Assembly: GCA_938091905.1 (NCBI GenBank)
Contig: CALKOM010000030.1
Span: 1 to 27,762 of the forward strand
Length of the DNA stretch: 27,762 nt
Direction of reading: 5' to 3'
DNA from: an uncultured Verrucomicrobiales bacterium
Lineage (GTDB): Bacteria > Verrucomicrobiota > Verrucomicrobiia > Verrucomicrobiales > DEV007
Made by a program: the position numbers and the translations under genes. The notes beneath the pieces are model-generated. The model was given only the letters and a program-made list of their open reading frames with translations, was not told where the DNA came from and did not search any database. This document shows, piece after piece, positions 27,284 through 27,762 of the stretch (position 1 is the stretch's first letter; the number at the start of each line of letters is the position of its first letter).

Positions 27284-27762
27284 ATGAGACGCACTTTAGC
27301 CTGCTGGCTTGCTGGCATCGCATTCGCAACAGCTGCCCCGGAATTCCACAGTGAACTGATCTTCCCCGTCGAGTCTTGGCACAACCACGGCTCTTGCATC
27401 GTGGAAACACCTAATAAAGACCTGCTCGTCTGCTGGTTTCACGGCTCCGGAGAGCGTAAGTCTGATGACGTTGTCATTCTTGGGGCGAGACGGAACCACA
27501 CCACAGGCAGGTGGTCGAAGCCATTTACCATGGCAGACACGCCGGGCTTTCCCGACACCAACTGTTGCATGATCATCGACCCACAGAAGCGCTTGTGGCT
27601 TCTCTGGCCAACCATTCAGGCGAACCTTTGGGAATCCGCGCTCATGAACTACAAGATCTCATCTGACTACGAAAACCCAGGGACACCGGTATGGGAGAAA
27701 GAGAAAGTGTTGCACATGAAGCCCGGCGAGAAGTTTCCAGAGATCGTTCGCGAGAAGACCGC
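27284..27762 (+). CDS. Exported BNR_2 / sialidase-family protein, truncated by window edge
   Basis: Absent from the ORF track because it has no stop in the window. Manual translation gives MRRTLACWLAGIAFATAAPEFHSELIFPVESWHNHGSCIVETPNKDLLVCWFHGSGERKSDDVVILGAR...WSKPFTMADTPGFPDTN...RLWLLW, open to the window end. Confidence 0.85.
   Translation, partial: MRRTLACWLAGIAFATAAPEFHSELIFPVESWHNHGSCIVETPNKDLLVCWFHGSGERKSDDVVILGARRNHTTGRWSKPFTMADTPGFPDTNCCMIIDPQKRLWLLWPTIQANLWESALMNYKISSDYENPGTPVWEKEKVLHMKPGEKFPEIVREKT

Noticed and set aside
1..27762. CRISPR arrays, tRNA/rRNA genes, transposases, integrases, defence systems
   Set aside because: No repeat-spacer periodicity, RNA-gene signatures or mobile-element proteins were seen.

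Overview
A 27.8-kb bacterial chromosomal window, most likely Verrucomicrobiota. This is inferred from the lpxC-fabZ fusion, the LTD/CotH and ASPIC/UnbV surface proteins and a recurring C-terminal domain. From left to right it contains: (1) a minus-strand surface-polysaccharide operon (cupin, fcl, gmd, SAM methyltransferase, and a WecB/TagA/CpsF glycosyltransferase running off the window); (2) an upstream GbsR/MarR-like regulator and an RfaH/NusG paralogue; (3) divergent lpxC-fabZ, lpxA and ubiE/menG; (4) a membrane protein and three large exported proteins (NHL repeat, FG-GAP/ASPIC lipoprotein, LTD-CotH kinase); (5) a nagZ / ACP / ketosynthase / small membrane protein / B12-radical SAM run; (6) two adjacent pseudogenised surface-protein genes; (7) the start of a BNR/sialidase-family gene. 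The best unexplained signal is non-coding. The polysaccharide operon leader carries a hairpin followed by an ops/JUMPstart-like element (CCAAGGGCGGCAGCGT). The same GTTCA-N8-TGAAC palindrome occurs both in that leader and upstream of the regulator, suggesting a repressor-plus-antiterminator control cassette. All calls come from reading motifs by eye; no searches were run.
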